Origin: an uncultured Clostridia bacterium
GTDB taxonomy: Bacteria; Aerophobota; Aerophobia; Aerophobales; B3-G15
Assembly: GCA_964482715.1 (NCBI GenBank)
Contig: CAYZYX010000013.1
Span: forward strand, 1-39,503
DNA length: 39,503 bases
Direction: 5' to 3'
Below the pieces are notes generated by a model. It searched no databases. It saw nothing but the letters and a program-made list of their open reading frames with translations, and was not told the DNA's origin. Positions 38,738-39,503 of this stretch are shown piece by piece. Both the position numbers and the translations under genes were made by a program. Position 1 is the first letter of the stretch; every line of letters starts with the position of its first letter.

Positions 38738-39503
38738 ATGTTAGAGAAGATAAAGAAATTGAGTTTTCTTTTAACCATATTTTTGGGAAGCCTTTATTTA
38801 CTGTTTTTTATTTCAGCCCCGGTTTACCCAAATCGGGCTGAGTGGACAATTATGGTTTATATGGATGGTGACAACAATTTAGAACCTTTTGCTATAGACG
38901 ACTTTCTGGAAATAGCCGAAGTTGGTTCTACCGATGAGGTTAATATTGTGGTACAGCTTGACCGTATTCACAGCACTGAAGGATGGGATGATATTCGTTT
39001 CGGGGATTGGACTGACTGCAAAAGGTTTTATGTGGAGAAAGGTATGAAGCCTGTATCTGATAATGCTGTACAGCATCTGGGTGAGATTGACATGGCTTCT
39101 CCTGACGAACTCACCGGTTTTATAAGCTGGGCTACAGCAACTTATCCGGCAGAAAAGTACATGCTTGTTCTCTGGAACCATGGTGATGGATGGCGTGAGA
39201 GAGAACTTGCACCTTTTCGAGGAATGATATGGGATGATACTGATGGAACCCATTTTGATATTCCCGGTTTGGTCCAGGCTCTGGATAATGCCCCCAAGAT
39301 TGACATAATAGCCTTTGATGCCTGTCTTATGGCCATGATTGAGGTAGCTTATGAGATAAGTCAGGAGGTAAGTTCTCCTCCGGATTATATGGTAGGTTCA
39401 GAAGAATCAGAGCCAGGTCCTGGCTGGCCCTACGCAGATATTCTTTCTGAACTGGTGAGTTCTCCTACCATGTCACCAGAAGAGCTTGCCAGTTTAATTC
39501 CTG
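38738..39503 (+). CDS. Clostripain-family (C11) cysteine peptidase, partial (runs off window end; absent from ORF track)
   Basis: Manual translation: signal peptide, EWTIMVYMDGDNNLE, VNIVVQLDR, YPAEKYMLVLWNHGDGW (catalytic His), IIAFDACLMAMIEVAYE (catalytic Cys), VGSEESEPGPGWPY. Confidence 0.93.
   Translation, partial: MLEKIKKLSFLLTIFLGSLYLLFFISAPVYPNRAEWTIMVYMDGDNNLEPFAIDDFLEIAEVGSTDEVNIVVQLDRIHSTEGWDDIRFGDWTDCKRFYVEKGMKPVSDNAVQHLGEIDMASPDELTGFISWATATYPAEKYMLVLWNHGDGWRERELAPFRGMIWDDTDGTHFDIPGLVQALDNAPKIDIIAFDACLMAMIEVAYEISQEVSSPPDYMVGSEESEPGPGWPYADILSELVSSPTMSPEELASLIP

Noticed and set aside
38879-39336. Two minus-strand ORFs (124 and 64 aa)
   Set aside because: Antisense shadows of the clostripain gene on the plus strand.

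Overview
Gene-dense bacterial chromosomal segment of moderate-low GC. Outer-membrane barrel genes, fhs/folD and sugar/polyol-type catabolic genes suggest a diderm anaerobe; the content is reminiscent of Ca. Aerophobota-like lineages, which is inference only. Most of the window is housekeeping: lepA, rpsT, murJ, holA, folD-fhs-folE, metG-rsmA-mtnA-gatC and mreBCD. It also holds a pyruvoyl arginine decarboxylase / deoxyhypusine-synthase-like / agmatinase polyamine operon, a catabolic cluster with a frameshifted TIM-barrel gene remnant, and a redox cluster. Three things stand out. (1) A dispersed non-coding repeat family (core GATACCCGGGAGCCT...TGTCCCAATGTC) occurs five times, each copy next to a TTGAC -35 box, and is accompanied by two ~130-bp inverted-repeat-bounded elements. 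(2) A four-gene secreted cluster at the right end starts with an unannotated caspase/gingipain-like (clan CD) protein with an almost acid-free, Cys-rich domain and ends with a clostripain missing from the ORF track. (3) Several sigma70-type promoters have a 16-bp spacer. No rRNA, tRNA, CRISPR array or transposase gene was seen.
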